The notes under the pieces were generated by a model that searched no databases, was not told the origin of the DNA, and was given only the letters and a program-made list of their open reading frames with translations. A stretch of 19,268 bases of DNA. Source: Promethearchaeota archaeon. GTDB lineage: Archaea > Asgardarchaeota > Lokiarchaeia > Sigyniarchaeales > SOKP01. Shown here one piece after another: positions 1-8,705 of the stretch. Each line of letters opens with the position of its first letter. Positions within the stretch are counted from its first letter, which is position 1. The stretch is from NCBI GenBank assembly GCA_048941265.1, contig JBHLNT010000072.1:1-19268 (forward strand), written 5' to 3'. Position numbers and translations under genes: made by a program.

Positions 1-1899
1 CAACTAAGAGACTATACAGATTTTATATTAGATTTAAAAGAAAATGCTCTTACTCAACTTTTTGATCAACAAAAGGACTTTGATAATGTTGCAAAAGCCA
101 TATCTCAAATTGCCGAAATATCTTCAGTTATTACTAATCTCGAGCAGGACGCAAAAGGAATAATGGACGATCAAATCGATGATTTAACAACCCAATTTAA
201 AGGTATTAGTTCAAAAATATCGAATAGCATGAAGCATCAAATTGAAGACTTAACAACTCAATTTGAAGATATTAGTAAAGAAATATCTGATAAAGTTGGA
301 AGTCAAGTCAGAGGTTTGCAAGCTCAATTTGCGGGGATCAAGGAAAAAATTTCTAAAAATCTGGAGAAACTAAGATTAGGAGTTCTTCAACAGGCTGTAG
401 ATCAAGTAGTTGAGATGAGTTTTGCAGATTGGATAAAAAATATAGAAGAAAGTCTCAATCAACAATTAGGTGCTATTGAGAAAGCTTCGAAAGATGGATT
501 AGTAAAAACCAGAATAGGTCTTAGCAGACAAATAAGTGAGATTGAAAAGCTTCATGAAGAAGGTTTAATAAATACTACTGAAATGTTTAATCAACTTATA
601 TCCAAGCTAAGAGAAGCGATAAATAATACAGTAAGCTCTATAAGTGGTATTACGAACTCAACCGCCAAATCTGGAGATGATGTAAAAAAGATTTTCGAAG
701 AAATTAGTGAACAATTCAGTAAAGCGGTTACTATGGCTGAAGAAAAATTAGGGGGTATTTCTGAAAATGTGTTCGGTTCTTTTGCAAATTTAAAGGAAAC
801 ATTTTCAACGAGAATTATTGACACTTTAAATGATTTACTCGGAAATATTATCGACAGGTTAGAAATTAGCGAACAAGCAACAAATGAATTCTGGGAACAA
901 GCTAAAAGAGGAGGAGGAGCTGCTTTAACGATGAAAGATATTTGGTTTATAAGATCCATTGAAGGAGCTAAAGCGCATATAAATGATCAAATTTCAAAAG
1001 CTAAAATGAGAATTTTAATTGTTGCGCCCCAAATTACTGATATTGATATTGAATCAGTAAAAGGTTGTAAATCACATATAAATATAAGAATCGCTGCCAA
1101 TATTGACTTATCTGACATCACGCATAAGAATATTATAGAAGAATTAAATCAATATCATAATGTTTCTTACAGGAATCGTAAATTGCAGAATTTATGGGGA
1201 ATAAACAAAGATTACGAAGAGGTAGTAGTATGTGTATTATCTCAGTCTGATTTCGGAACCGAAATTGCTGGTATCGGGAGTATTATTGAAGAACATATAA
1301 AAATTTTTGTTCCAATCTTAGAAGAAGCTTGGCTTGGAGCTCAAAAAGATGTTTCACCCACTTTAAGATCAGCAGTTTCCATGGAAATTACGCCAAAACC
1401 ATCATTGACACCTAAAACTGAATCACCTATTCTACAACCATCAATGTCTACCTCACCAAAACCAGAAGTTCTAAAACCTTTAGAAACTCCCCAACCTCAA
1501 CCCACTATTTCAAAACCAATTGAAAAGGAAATTAAACCTGTTTCTATTCCCGAACAAGTAATAAAACCTGAAGAAGAAAAACAAGAAACCAAACCTATCG
1601 TTGAATTAGAATCGTTAAAGAAACCCGTTTTTGAGGAACCAAAAGCAACCGAAATAGATCCCTTACAAAGCCAAATAGACTCATTATTAAACAATCTTAA
1701 AAATATGACTGGACATGAGATATCATTGAGTTTAGAAAAAATAAAAACTATTATTACTGAAACTAGAGGATATTCAGGGGTTTTAAATCCTATAAATTTG
1801 GCTATATCGACACTTCAATCTTCAGGTAAATTAAGTGAATCTGAAATTACTCAATTAGAAAATAAGATAACTTTTTGGCGCAGAAAATTAAACATTTGA
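1..1899 (+). CDS. Large coiled-coil protein with a PLD-like (TrmB effector-binding-like) domain, Pro-rich linker and C-terminal helical domain; 5'-partial
   Basis: Frame 1 is open from base 1 (QLRDYTDFILDLKENALTQLF...), so the gene starts before the window and ATG163 is internal. Long amphipathic helices are followed by IWFIRSIEGAKAHINDQISKAKMRILIVAP...IRIAA...EEAWLGA (about 931-1341), which resembles the PLD-fold/TrmB C-terminal pattern, then a P/E/K/S/T-rich linker. Confidence 0.65.
   Translation, partial: QLRDYTDFILDLKENALTQLFDQQKDFDNVAKAISQIAEISSVITNLEQDAKGIMDDQIDDLTTQFKGISSKISNSMKHQIEDLTTQFEDISKEISDKVGSQVRGLQAQFAGIKEKISKNLEKLRLGVLQQAVDQVVEMSFADWIKNIEESLNQQLGAIEKASKDGLVKTRIGLSRQISEIEKLHEEGLINTTEMFNQLISKLREAINNTVSSISGITNSTAKSGDDVKKIFEEISEQFSKAVTMAEEKLGGISENVFGSFANLKETFSTRIIDTLNDLLGNIIDRLEISEQATNEFWEQAKRGGGAALTMKDIWFIRSIEGAKAHINDQISKAKMRILIVAPQITDIDIESVKGCKSHINIRIAANIDLSDITHKNIIEELNQYHNVSYRNRKLQNLWGINKDYEEVVVCVLSQSDFGTEIAGIGSIIEEHIKIFVPILEEAWLGAQKDVSPTLRSAVSMEITPKPSLTPKTESPILQPSMSTSPKPEVLKPLETPQPQPTISKPIEKEIKPVSIPEQVIKPEEEKQETKPIVELESLKKPVFEEPKATEIDPLQSQIDSLLNNLKNMTGHEISLSLEKIKTIITETRGYSGVLNPINLAISTLQSSGKLSESEITQLENKITFWRRKLNI
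163..360 (+). repeat. Three tandem 66-nt (22-aa) coding repeats
   Basis: MDDQIDDLTTQFKGISSKISNS / MKHQIEDLTTQFEDISKEISDK / VGSQVRGLQAQFAGIKEKISKN at 163, 229 and 295; units 1 and 2 are also similar at DNA level. Confidence 0.85.
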
Positions 1900-1900
1900 A

Positions 1901-1919
1901 TTTTTTTTAAAATTTTTTT
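1901..1919 (+). terminator. Putative oligo-T (archaeal-type) terminator
   Basis: T8 and T7 runs directly after the TGA ending at 1899; the AT-rich background lowers specificity. Confidence 0.4.
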
Positions 1920-2075
1920 ATATTATCTTAGTTGTTATCGCTTATTCTTTCTTGCTTTCTTATATTAAAAATGACTATTTATTATTAAAAAAAAAACAGA
2001 TTTAGTTAAAGATCGGTAATTTTTTATTATTTTAGATAGATAATAATATAAAAAGAAACAAGGGAATGAAAAACA

Positions 2076-4562
2076 ATGACTCTCACGAATCTAACCATAA
2101 AAGAACTCTTTGAAGGGGAAAAATTAACCTTTTTGGTAGGTGCAGGATGTTCCATTGACGCTCCCTCCTGCTTACCTGCTGGTCGAGCCATGATTGAGGC
2201 AATCGTGAATTACTCCTGCGCAAACTCCGAAGTTGAAAAAATTTTAGAGATAGTCGGATTAAGATTTGAACAGTTAGTTGAACATTTTCGAGATAACGTG
2301 GATAAAGAGTTAAAATGCATTCAATATTACGATTTATGTGATAAACCGAATCTTCAACATCATTTTATAGCAGAAATGATTAAAAAAGGGCATTTTGTCA
2401 TGACTACTAATTTTGATTTTTTAATCGAACATGCACTACTCCAATCTGGTGTTCCCAAGGAAAACATCATCCCGATCATTACTAAGAACGATTTTACACA
2501 GTACAGCGATCCTATAATACTGTTCGAAAACGGAAAAAAGGCTTTGTATAAGGTACACGGTTCTACTAAAAATGTGATAACAGGAGAAAACACGATGGAT
2601 TCTCTAGTAGCCACAATACAGGCTTTCGGTTCTGGCAAAGAGGGTGAAAATGTTTTCCAATTAGAGCCATATAAACGTCCTTTCTTTGAAAACATTTCTA
2701 ATGGACGCTCCTTGGTTATCATGGGATATTCAGGATCGGATGATTTTGATATAGTACCCACATTAAAGGTTTTAAAAAATGTTAAGAAGTTAATCTGGAT
2801 AAACTTCGTTTATGATGACGGTGGGAAAGAAAAGGTTCATGAAGTCGATCCTAACATGGGTACCATGAGGTATGATCTCAATCAATTACTCCTTGATATA
2901 GATAAACCAAAAAATATTAAGTATATTTATCGAGTTGATGTGAACACTTCTAAAATGGTCAGTAGATTGTTGGAAAAAGAAATAATTACCAGTTCAGATA
3001 ATTTTAACTTTGATCCAATGGAATGGCTTAAAAAAGAAGTAGATAAACCTAGTGAAATCACGACTTATTATATACCTTATAAAATTTACAGTGGTTTAGG
3101 ACGGAATGAAGAAGCAATGAGGTGCTGTAAGCAAATTCTTTCTATATCAGAACGATTAGGGGATGATCAGTGGAGAGCAATAGCTCATAGCCATATTGGA
3201 TCATTATTGAAGATTAAAGGCGAACTCGACGAAGCAATGAAACATTTTCAAGAGGCGATGAATATCGAAGTTCAATTAGGTAATCTAAGAGGAAAAGGGA
3301 TCCAACTTGACAATATAGGAGAAATCTTATATGAAAAAGGTAAATTAGAAGAGTCATTGGATTATTATCAGAAATCATTCGAAATTACCGAGCATTTAGA
3401 GGATATTAAGGAAAAAAGTAGATTACTTAACAATATGGCACTAATATTAAAAGATAAAGGGGAACTCGATGAGTCATTAAGAATTCTACGAAATGCACTG
3501 GAAATTGATGAAATGTTAGGCGATTTAATGGGTAAGACTATTCGACTTAACAATATCGGAACAATTTTACATAGAAAAGGTGAACTTGATAAAGCAATGG
3601 AAAATTTAGAACAAGCATTACAAATTGCCAAGCAGTTGACGGATTACAAAAGACAATCCTTAAGTCTTGGTAATATTGGATTAGTTTTAGTAGATAAAAG
3701 AGAATTGGATGCTGCATGGGATTATTATCAAGAGGCACTCGCAATTGATGATTCTTTGGGAGATCTAAAATCAAAATCCAAACATCTCGGTTATTATGGA
3801 TCTTTAATGAATGAAAAACTCGAACCGGAAGAGGCACTTAAATATTATGAAGAAGCGTTAGAAATTGCAAAAAATCTGGGCGATTTAAAGGGAATCGCCT
3901 CGCAACTTAATAATATTGGTATTATTTTCGAAAATAAAAACCAGCTTAATGAGTCGATGACTTTTTTTAATGAAGCCTTGAAGTTAGATGTTGAAATCGG
4001 AGATTTAGAGGGAAAAAGTACCCGATTTAATAATATCGGAAATATTTTAATGAAAAAGTCCGATTTAGAAGAAGCTCTAAAACATTATCAAGAGGCGTTA
4101 GCTATCGATGAAAAATTAGGAAATTTGGAAGGAAAAGCTACTCTTTTTAATAATATAGGGAATATTTTTGAGATAAAAAATGATACGGAAGAAGCAACCA
4201 AATATTATAAAGAGGCATTGGAGATTAATGACCAAATAAATAATTCTATGGGAAAAAGTATTTCACTCAGCAACATCGGGCGCATGTTAGAAAAAAAGGG
4301 CGAACCAGAGAATGCTTTAACTTATTTTCAAGAAGCACATGAGATTGATTTTCAGATATCAAATCATAAAGGAGTGATTACTCAACGAGTCCACCTCGGA
4401 TTAATTTATTATAAACTAGGGAACTATTCTGAAGCGATAAGGTTCCTCGAAGATGCTTATTCAACTATGAAAGGCTTTAATATAGGTGATTCTTCAGATT
4501 TAAAAATACTAAGAGACCAGATTGAAAATATAAGAGGAATCATGGATGAAAGGTTTGCCTGA
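2076..4562 (+). CDS. SIR2-like (SIR2_2) domain protein with C-terminal TPR array
   Basis: Sirtuin-fold motifs FLVGAGCS...LP, MTTNFD (N112), YKVHGS (H161) and IMGYSGSDDFDI, followed by 12 TPR-like repeats. Confidence 0.9.
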   Translation: MTLTNLTIKELFEGEKLTFLVGAGCSIDAPSCLPAGRAMIEAIVNYSCANSEVEKILEIVGLRFEQLVEHFRDNVDKELKCIQYYDLCDKPNLQHHFIAEMIKKGHFVMTTNFDFLIEHALLQSGVPKENIIPIITKNDFTQYSDPIILFENGKKALYKVHGSTKNVITGENTMDSLVATIQAFGSGKEGENVFQLEPYKRPFFENISNGRSLVIMGYSGSDDFDIVPTLKVLKNVKKLIWINFVYDDGGKEKVHEVDPNMGTMRYDLNQLLLDIDKPKNIKYIYRVDVNTSKMVSRLLEKEIITSSDNFNFDPMEWLKKEVDKPSEITTYYIPYKIYSGLGRNEEAMRCCKQILSISERLGDDQWRAIAHSHIGSLLKIKGELDEAMKHFQEAMNIEVQLGNLRGKGIQLDNIGEILYEKGKLEESLDYYQKSFEITEHLEDIKEKSRLLNNMALILKDKGELDESLRILRNALEIDEMLGDLMGKTIRLNNIGTILHRKGELDKAMENLEQALQIAKQLTDYKRQSLSLGNIGLVLVDKRELDAAWDYYQEALAIDDSLGDLKSKSKHLGYYGSLMNEKLEPEEALKYYEEALEIAKNLGDLKGIASQLNNIGIIFENKNQLNESMTFFNEALKLDVEIGDLEGKSTRFNNIGNILMKKSDLEEALKHYQEALAIDEKLGNLEGKATLFNNIGNIFEIKNDTEEATKYYKEALEINDQINNSMGKSISLSNIGRMLEKKGEPENALTYFQEAHEIDFQISNHKGVITQRVHLGLIYYKLGNYSEAIRFLEDAYSTMKGFNIGDSSDLKILRDQIENIRGIMDERFA
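3072..4511 (+). repeat. Twelve tandem 40-aa (120-nt) TPR repeats
   Basis: Consensus NIGxIxxxKGxLxEAxxYYQEALxIDxxLGDLxGKxxxLN, with an exact 40-aa period from IPYKIYSGLG to HLGLIYYKLG... Confidence 0.92.
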
Positions 4563-4629
4563 AATTATTGTTACTTTATAAAAGTTTAATTCAAAAACTT
4601 CTAATTTCTAGTCTCTTTAACCTCTAATA

Positions 4630-5832
4630 ATGAATCATATTCTTGAGAAATTTGATGTAGTTATTATAGGAGCTAGTATTTCGGGTAATTATCTAGCATT
4701 TCTATTATCAAAATTTAATTTAAATACTGCGATCATTGAAGAACACCGAGAGATAGGATTACCCTTTCAATGTGCAGGGATAATATCTAAAAAATTAACC
4801 CAGCTTATCGATTTACCAGAAAATATCATATTAAATCAAGTTAAAGTAGCTAAAATCTTCTCTCCATCGGGAATTTTTATAAAACTATCCGGAGAAGAGC
4901 AGCCTTATATTATAGATAGAGTAGCATTAGACAAATTATTTTATCAGAGGATCAAAAACAAAAATAAAATAAAGTATTATCTCGAAGAAAAATTCATTTC
5001 TTTTCAATATATTACTGAAAAATCTGAAAAAAGTATTATGATCGAGACCAATAAAAGAAAGATAAAGTCTAAAATGCTTGTTGGCTGCGATGGGCCGTTA
5101 TCTTCTGTATCTAAGATAGTTGGAATAAAAAATGATATTATTATTGCTACTCAAATTCGAATAAAAGCGAACTTTGACCAAAATGAGGCTATTATGTGGT
5201 TTGATCCAAGATGGAAAGAATTATTTGGATGGGTTGTGCCGGAGGGTAATAAAATTTACCGTATAGGACTTGCATCTTCTAAAAATGTTGCGAAAAATTT
5301 TCAGATTTTTTTAAACAACTTAGGTGTTGATTTTAGTGAAAGGTTAGATCAGCAGGGTGGGATAATTCCTTACGGTACTATGCATAAATCTGCATTTGAT
5401 AATATTTTATTAATAGGTGATGCCGCAGGGCAGGTTAAAGCAACAACTGGGGGAGGAATCGTCATGCTATTAACGGCCGCTAAATATGCGGCATCCTGCA
5501 TAAAGAAGTGCTTTGAAAAAAATGAGTTCTCAAAGAAATTCATAAAAAAATATTATGAAAAACCATGTAAAATTTCAATAGGTAAACAATTAAAAATACA
5601 CTTTATAGTTAGAACTTTTTTTGAAAATTTTACCGGGAGCGATTACGATACTCTTTTTCAAATTATAAAAACAAATAAGATTGAAGAAATAGTTTCTCTT
5701 TATGGCGATATGGATTTTCCGAGAGATATGGTTATGAAATTGTTGAAAAATTCAATGTTTATAAAATTTATTGCTAAAATATTGAAGAAAAACCCTCTTA
5801 TTATAATAAAAATCCTTAAGATCTTAATATAA
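4630..5832 (+). CDS. Geranylgeranyl reductase family FAD-dependent oxidoreductase (DGGGPL reductase-like)
   Basis: FDVVIIGASISG dinucleotide-binding fold, GLPFQCAG, IIDRVALD, LVGCDG, FGWVVPEG and LLIGDAAGQVKATTGGGI motifs. Confidence 0.88.
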   Translation: MNHILEKFDVVIIGASISGNYLAFLLSKFNLNTAIIEEHREIGLPFQCAGIISKKLTQLIDLPENIILNQVKVAKIFSPSGIFIKLSGEEQPYIIDRVALDKLFYQRIKNKNKIKYYLEEKFISFQYITEKSEKSIMIETNKRKIKSKMLVGCDGPLSSVSKIVGIKNDIIIATQIRIKANFDQNEAIMWFDPRWKELFGWVVPEGNKIYRIGLASSKNVAKNFQIFLNNLGVDFSERLDQQGGIIPYGTMHKSAFDNILLIGDAAGQVKATTGGGIVMLLTAAKYAASCIKKCFEKNEFSKKFIKKYYEKPCKISIGKQLKIHFIVRTFFENFTGSDYDTLFQIIKTNKIEEIVSLYGDMDFPRDMVMKLLKNSMFIKFIAKILKKNPLIIIKILKILI

Positions 5833-5869
5833 ATCATAAAAAATTTTAATCTTTATATAATCTTGTCCT

Positions 5870-6238
5870 TCAGGGAGGAGTAAAAGTAAAAATAGCGATT
5901 TCACTAAATAAGTAATACCAAATCGCCATAAAAACCACCACAATTACAGTTGATATAAAGCCAAACCATTTAACGCCTTTTGGGATTCCGAGGCCTTCCT
6001 CATTTTTGCGCTGTATAATGGCTCTGACTGTTGCCACGGAATAAATCAAAGCTACTAGTAATGTCACGAAATATGTAAACAACGCCAATAATGCAAATGT
6101 ATATACCGGATTTCCCTCAAGGTCAACCAATTCATTTAGCCAAATCCAATACGTAAAGATTAGGTATGTTGGTATAGTATAATAAATTATTGCTGTTATA
6201 AAAAATACAATTCCCCATAAAATACCTTTCTCTGCCAT
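5870..6238 (-). CDS. Hypothetical membrane protein (about 3 TM helices)
   Basis: Three hydrophobic segments. ATG at 6238 (MAEKG...) is preferred over TTG6247 because a TATA-like element lies 23-31 nt upstream. Confidence 0.75.
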   Translation of the reverse strand: MAEKGILWGIVFFITAIIYYTIPTYLIFTYWIWLNELVDLEGNPVYTFALLALFTYFVTLLVALIYSVATVRAIIQRKNEEGLGIPKGVKWFGFISTVIVVVFMAIWYYLFSEIAIFTFTPP

Positions 6239-6260
6239 ATTAATCAAAATAAATTTTTAT

Positions 6261-6274
6261 TATATATAATTCTT
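6261..6274 (-). promoter_or_regulatory. Putative BRE + TATA box
   Basis: Minus strand reads AAGAATTATATATA, ending 23 nt before ATG6238, consistent with a leaderless archaeal transcript. Confidence 0.45.
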
Positions 6275-6279
6275 AATAA

Positions 6280-6801
6280 TCACATCCAATTTTTTTTCAA
6301 GTCTCTTTTTGTTAATTCTCTTACTTTATCAATGGCCCATACTACGAATTTATAGCATGTTTTTGACCACGTTTTATTTTTTTGATATTCTATCATTCCA
6401 TTTGGATCGCTAAAGTCATAACCGCAAAGTTGAGGACACACGACTGAACCGAATTTCTTTTCAAATTCAGAACAATATTTAGAAGCTTTGAGGTATGCCA
6501 CAGCCATTTTATCATCTTTCATTTTTTCTTGGCCACCTATTATAACCCCTAAAGCTGCGCAAGCGCCTACTACTGCTCCACAAGCCCCTTGCCATCCTTT
6601 TTTGGATTTATAACCTCCAAAACCACCAGCTAATGGCATTGCAAGATTATGAAATAAATGATTATCAATTCCAAGTATATCTAATACACTTGTGAGTGTT
6701 AATTCAGCACAATTAATTCCTTCCCTTAAATTTGGTAAGGAATTTTCTAAGTCTTTGACTTTTTCATCAAATCTAGCATTAATACCATTATCTACCATCA
6801 T
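6280..6801 (-). CDS. C_GCAxxG_C_C family putative redox-active protein
   Basis: INCAE...LAGGFGG...GACGAVVG...FGSVVCPQL...TCYKFV gives the family's four-Cys pattern. Confidence 0.88.
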   Translation of the reverse strand: MMVDNGINARFDEKVKDLENSLPNLREGINCAELTLTSVLDILGIDNHLFHNLAMPLAGGFGGYKSKKGWQGACGAVVGACAALGVIIGGQEKMKDDKMAVAYLKASKYCSEFEKKFGSVVCPQLCGYDFSDPNGMIEYQKNKTWSKTCYKFVVWAIDKVRELTKRDLKKNWM

Positions 6802-6817
6802 ATCTAATCTCTCTTTT

Positions 6818-7333
6818 TTATTGTTTAGGTTTAAATCCGTTTTCTAATATTATTTTTGTAGCCAGCCTTGCAACATTACCTACAAGTTTTGGACAGTGAT
6901 CTAATAAACCTCCTGGTTTCATTGCTTTTTTTAATTCTTCAGGGTCCCATAGGTTCCACGTTCTCCCTGTAAAAGATTCTTGGACATCATGACACCGGCA
7001 AAAACCATATTCTTTGACGTATTGGTCATGCAACTTTTTAACAAGCGTGTATGATTTAAGTGGTTTCATTATGTTTGAAAAATCTTTATGCTCCCTTCCA
7101 AATAGATATCCAATTACCATTGAACCTCCAACAAGAGCACCGCACGAACCGTCTCCTGTTAATCCCAATCCATCGGCTAATCCACTGGCAGCCTTAAAAA
7201 CATCATCATTCCATATTCCTAAGGCATCAAAAATCGCTGCAATAGCACTTTGAGCGCAGCCTGTATTCTTTTTTTCATAATTTTGTCCCAACTCAAAAGC
7301 TTTATTAATAATTTGGTCCTTTATTTCTCCCAT
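6818..7333 (-). CDS. C_GCAxxG_C_C family putative redox-active protein
   Basis: GCAQS...LADGLG...GSCGALVGG...YGFCRCHDV...HCPKLV. Confidence 0.9.
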   Translation of the reverse strand: MGEIKDQIINKAFELGQNYEKKNTGCAQSAIAAIFDALGIWNDDVFKAASGLADGLGLTGDGSCGALVGGSMVIGYLFGREHKDFSNIMKPLKSYTLVKKLHDQYVKEYGFCRCHDVQESFTGRTWNLWDPEELKKAMKPGGLLDHCPKLVGNVARLATKIILENGFKPKQ

Positions 7334-7555
7334 TTTTCATACCATTTCTGTCAATTTAAAAATAAATATAATTATCCTTTTTACTTCATATATTTTGATA
7401 CTTTTTAAGATTTTTACTTTGATTGTAAATAATTTTTTATATAAATTTAGAAACATGTATAAATATAAATATTCTAATTAATATGGTAAAATATTTAACT
7501 TATTTTAAGATTAAATTTATTAATATAAGTAAACTCGTATATATAGGTTTTTAGC

Positions 7556-8704
7556 TTGAATTTTGAATTAACTCAAAGACAAAAACTGATCAAAAGGAGT
7601 GTTAGGAAGTTTGCTGAAGATATTTTAGCTCCATTAGCCCCAATATTTGACAAAGAAGCAAAATATAGCGGGGATATTTTTAAAGAACTATCAAAAATAA
7701 ATGCCTGGGGGATACAACTGCCAGAAAAATACGGAGGAGCTGAATTAGATTCCATAAGCTATGCTATTACTATAGAAGAAATTTCTCGAATATGTGCTTC
7801 AACTGGACTAATGTTAACAGTTCATAATTCTGTGGGGGCTTTTCCCATCTATAAGTGGGGAACAGAAGAACAGAAGGAAAGATATCTATATGATATTGCC
7901 GCAGGCAAAAAAATTTCGGGTTTTTCTTGGACAGAACCAAATGCCGGTTCAGACGCACAAGGGATAGAGTGTATTATGACTCAAGATGGTGATGACTTTA
8001 TTTTAAACGGTTCAAAAATATTTGTAACTAATGGTGCTATAGGTTCTGTGTTAATAGTTGGCACTAGATACAAAACTGATAGTGGTCAAAATGGAATTGC
8101 CACGGTTATCCTAGAAAAAGATATGGAGGGCTATGAGATAGGACAACCTGAGGAAAAGATGGGTATGCGAGGAAATATAACTACCAGTTTATATTTTCAT
8201 AATATTCGGGTTCCCAAGGAAAACATATTAGGTTCTTTAGGTGAAGGCTTTAGAATTGCAATGATAACATTGGATGTGGGAAGAATAGGTATCGCTGCTC
8301 AAGCATTAGGAATCGCACAAGCAGCTTATGAACATTCTGTAGAATATTCTAAGGGAAGAATTCAATTTAAAAAACCTATTTCTCAGTTCCAAGGAATTTC
8401 ATTTAAATTGGCTGAGATGGCAACTAAAATCGAAGCTGCTCGGCTGTTAGTATATAGAGCGGCATATGTTAAAGATAAAAAAGCGAGATTCTCAAAAGAA
8501 TCAGCGATGTGTAAATATTATGCAGGCAAAATTGCAAGGGAAGTTACGCAAGAAGCCATTCAAGTTCATGGGGGATATGGATATATGAAAGATTTACCTC
8601 TCGAGCGATATCACAGAGACGCAACTGTAACAGGCATTTATGAAGGCACTAATGAAATAATGAAATTAATCATTGCTCAACAAATCTTAAGGGGTAACCT
8701 CTGA
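7556..8704 (+). CDS. Acyl-CoA dehydrogenase (short-chain/butyryl-CoA dehydrogenase-like), TTG start
   Basis: LPEKYGG, FSWTEPNAGSD, LNGSKIFVTNG, EEKMGMRG, GRIGIAAQALG, RIQFKKPI, QVHGGYGY and IYEGTNEI (catalytic Glu in the SCAD/MCAD position). The substrate cannot be determined from sequence. Confidence 0.95.
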   Translation: MNFELTQRQKLIKRSVRKFAEDILAPLAPIFDKEAKYSGDIFKELSKINAWGIQLPEKYGGAELDSISYAITIEEISRICASTGLMLTVHNSVGAFPIYKWGTEEQKERYLYDIAAGKKISGFSWTEPNAGSDAQGIECIMTQDGDDFILNGSKIFVTNGAIGSVLIVGTRYKTDSGQNGIATVILEKDMEGYEIGQPEEKMGMRGNITTSLYFHNIRVPKENILGSLGEGFRIAMITLDVGRIGIAAQALGIAQAAYEHSVEYSKGRIQFKKPISQFQGISFKLAEMATKIEAARLLVYRAAYVKDKKARFSKESAMCKYYAGKIAREVTQEAIQVHGGYGYMKDLPLERYHRDATVTGIYEGTNEIMKLIIAQQILRGNL

Positions 8705-8705
8705 A

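Noticed and set aside
1-930. SMC or methyl-accepting chemotaxis protein call for the first ORF
   Set aside because: Only generic coiled-coil similarity; no SMC C-terminal signature/Walker B and no MCP hairpin motif in the visible part.
591-3837. Minus-strand ORFs 591-959, 1497-1694, 2360-2761, 3368-3631 and 3547-3837
   Set aside because: Antisense shadows fully inside well-supported plus-strand genes, with no motifs.
6280-6282. Selenocysteine read-through of the TGA ending the C_GCAxxG_C_C gene
   Set aside because: All four motif cysteines are already encoded, the domain is complete, read-through meets another TGA after 11 codons, and no SECIS-like element was recognised.
6989-7000. CRCH as a c-type heme attachment motif
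   Set aside because: The spacing is CxCH rather than CxxCH, there is no signal peptide, and the second Cys is the family's third motif cysteine.
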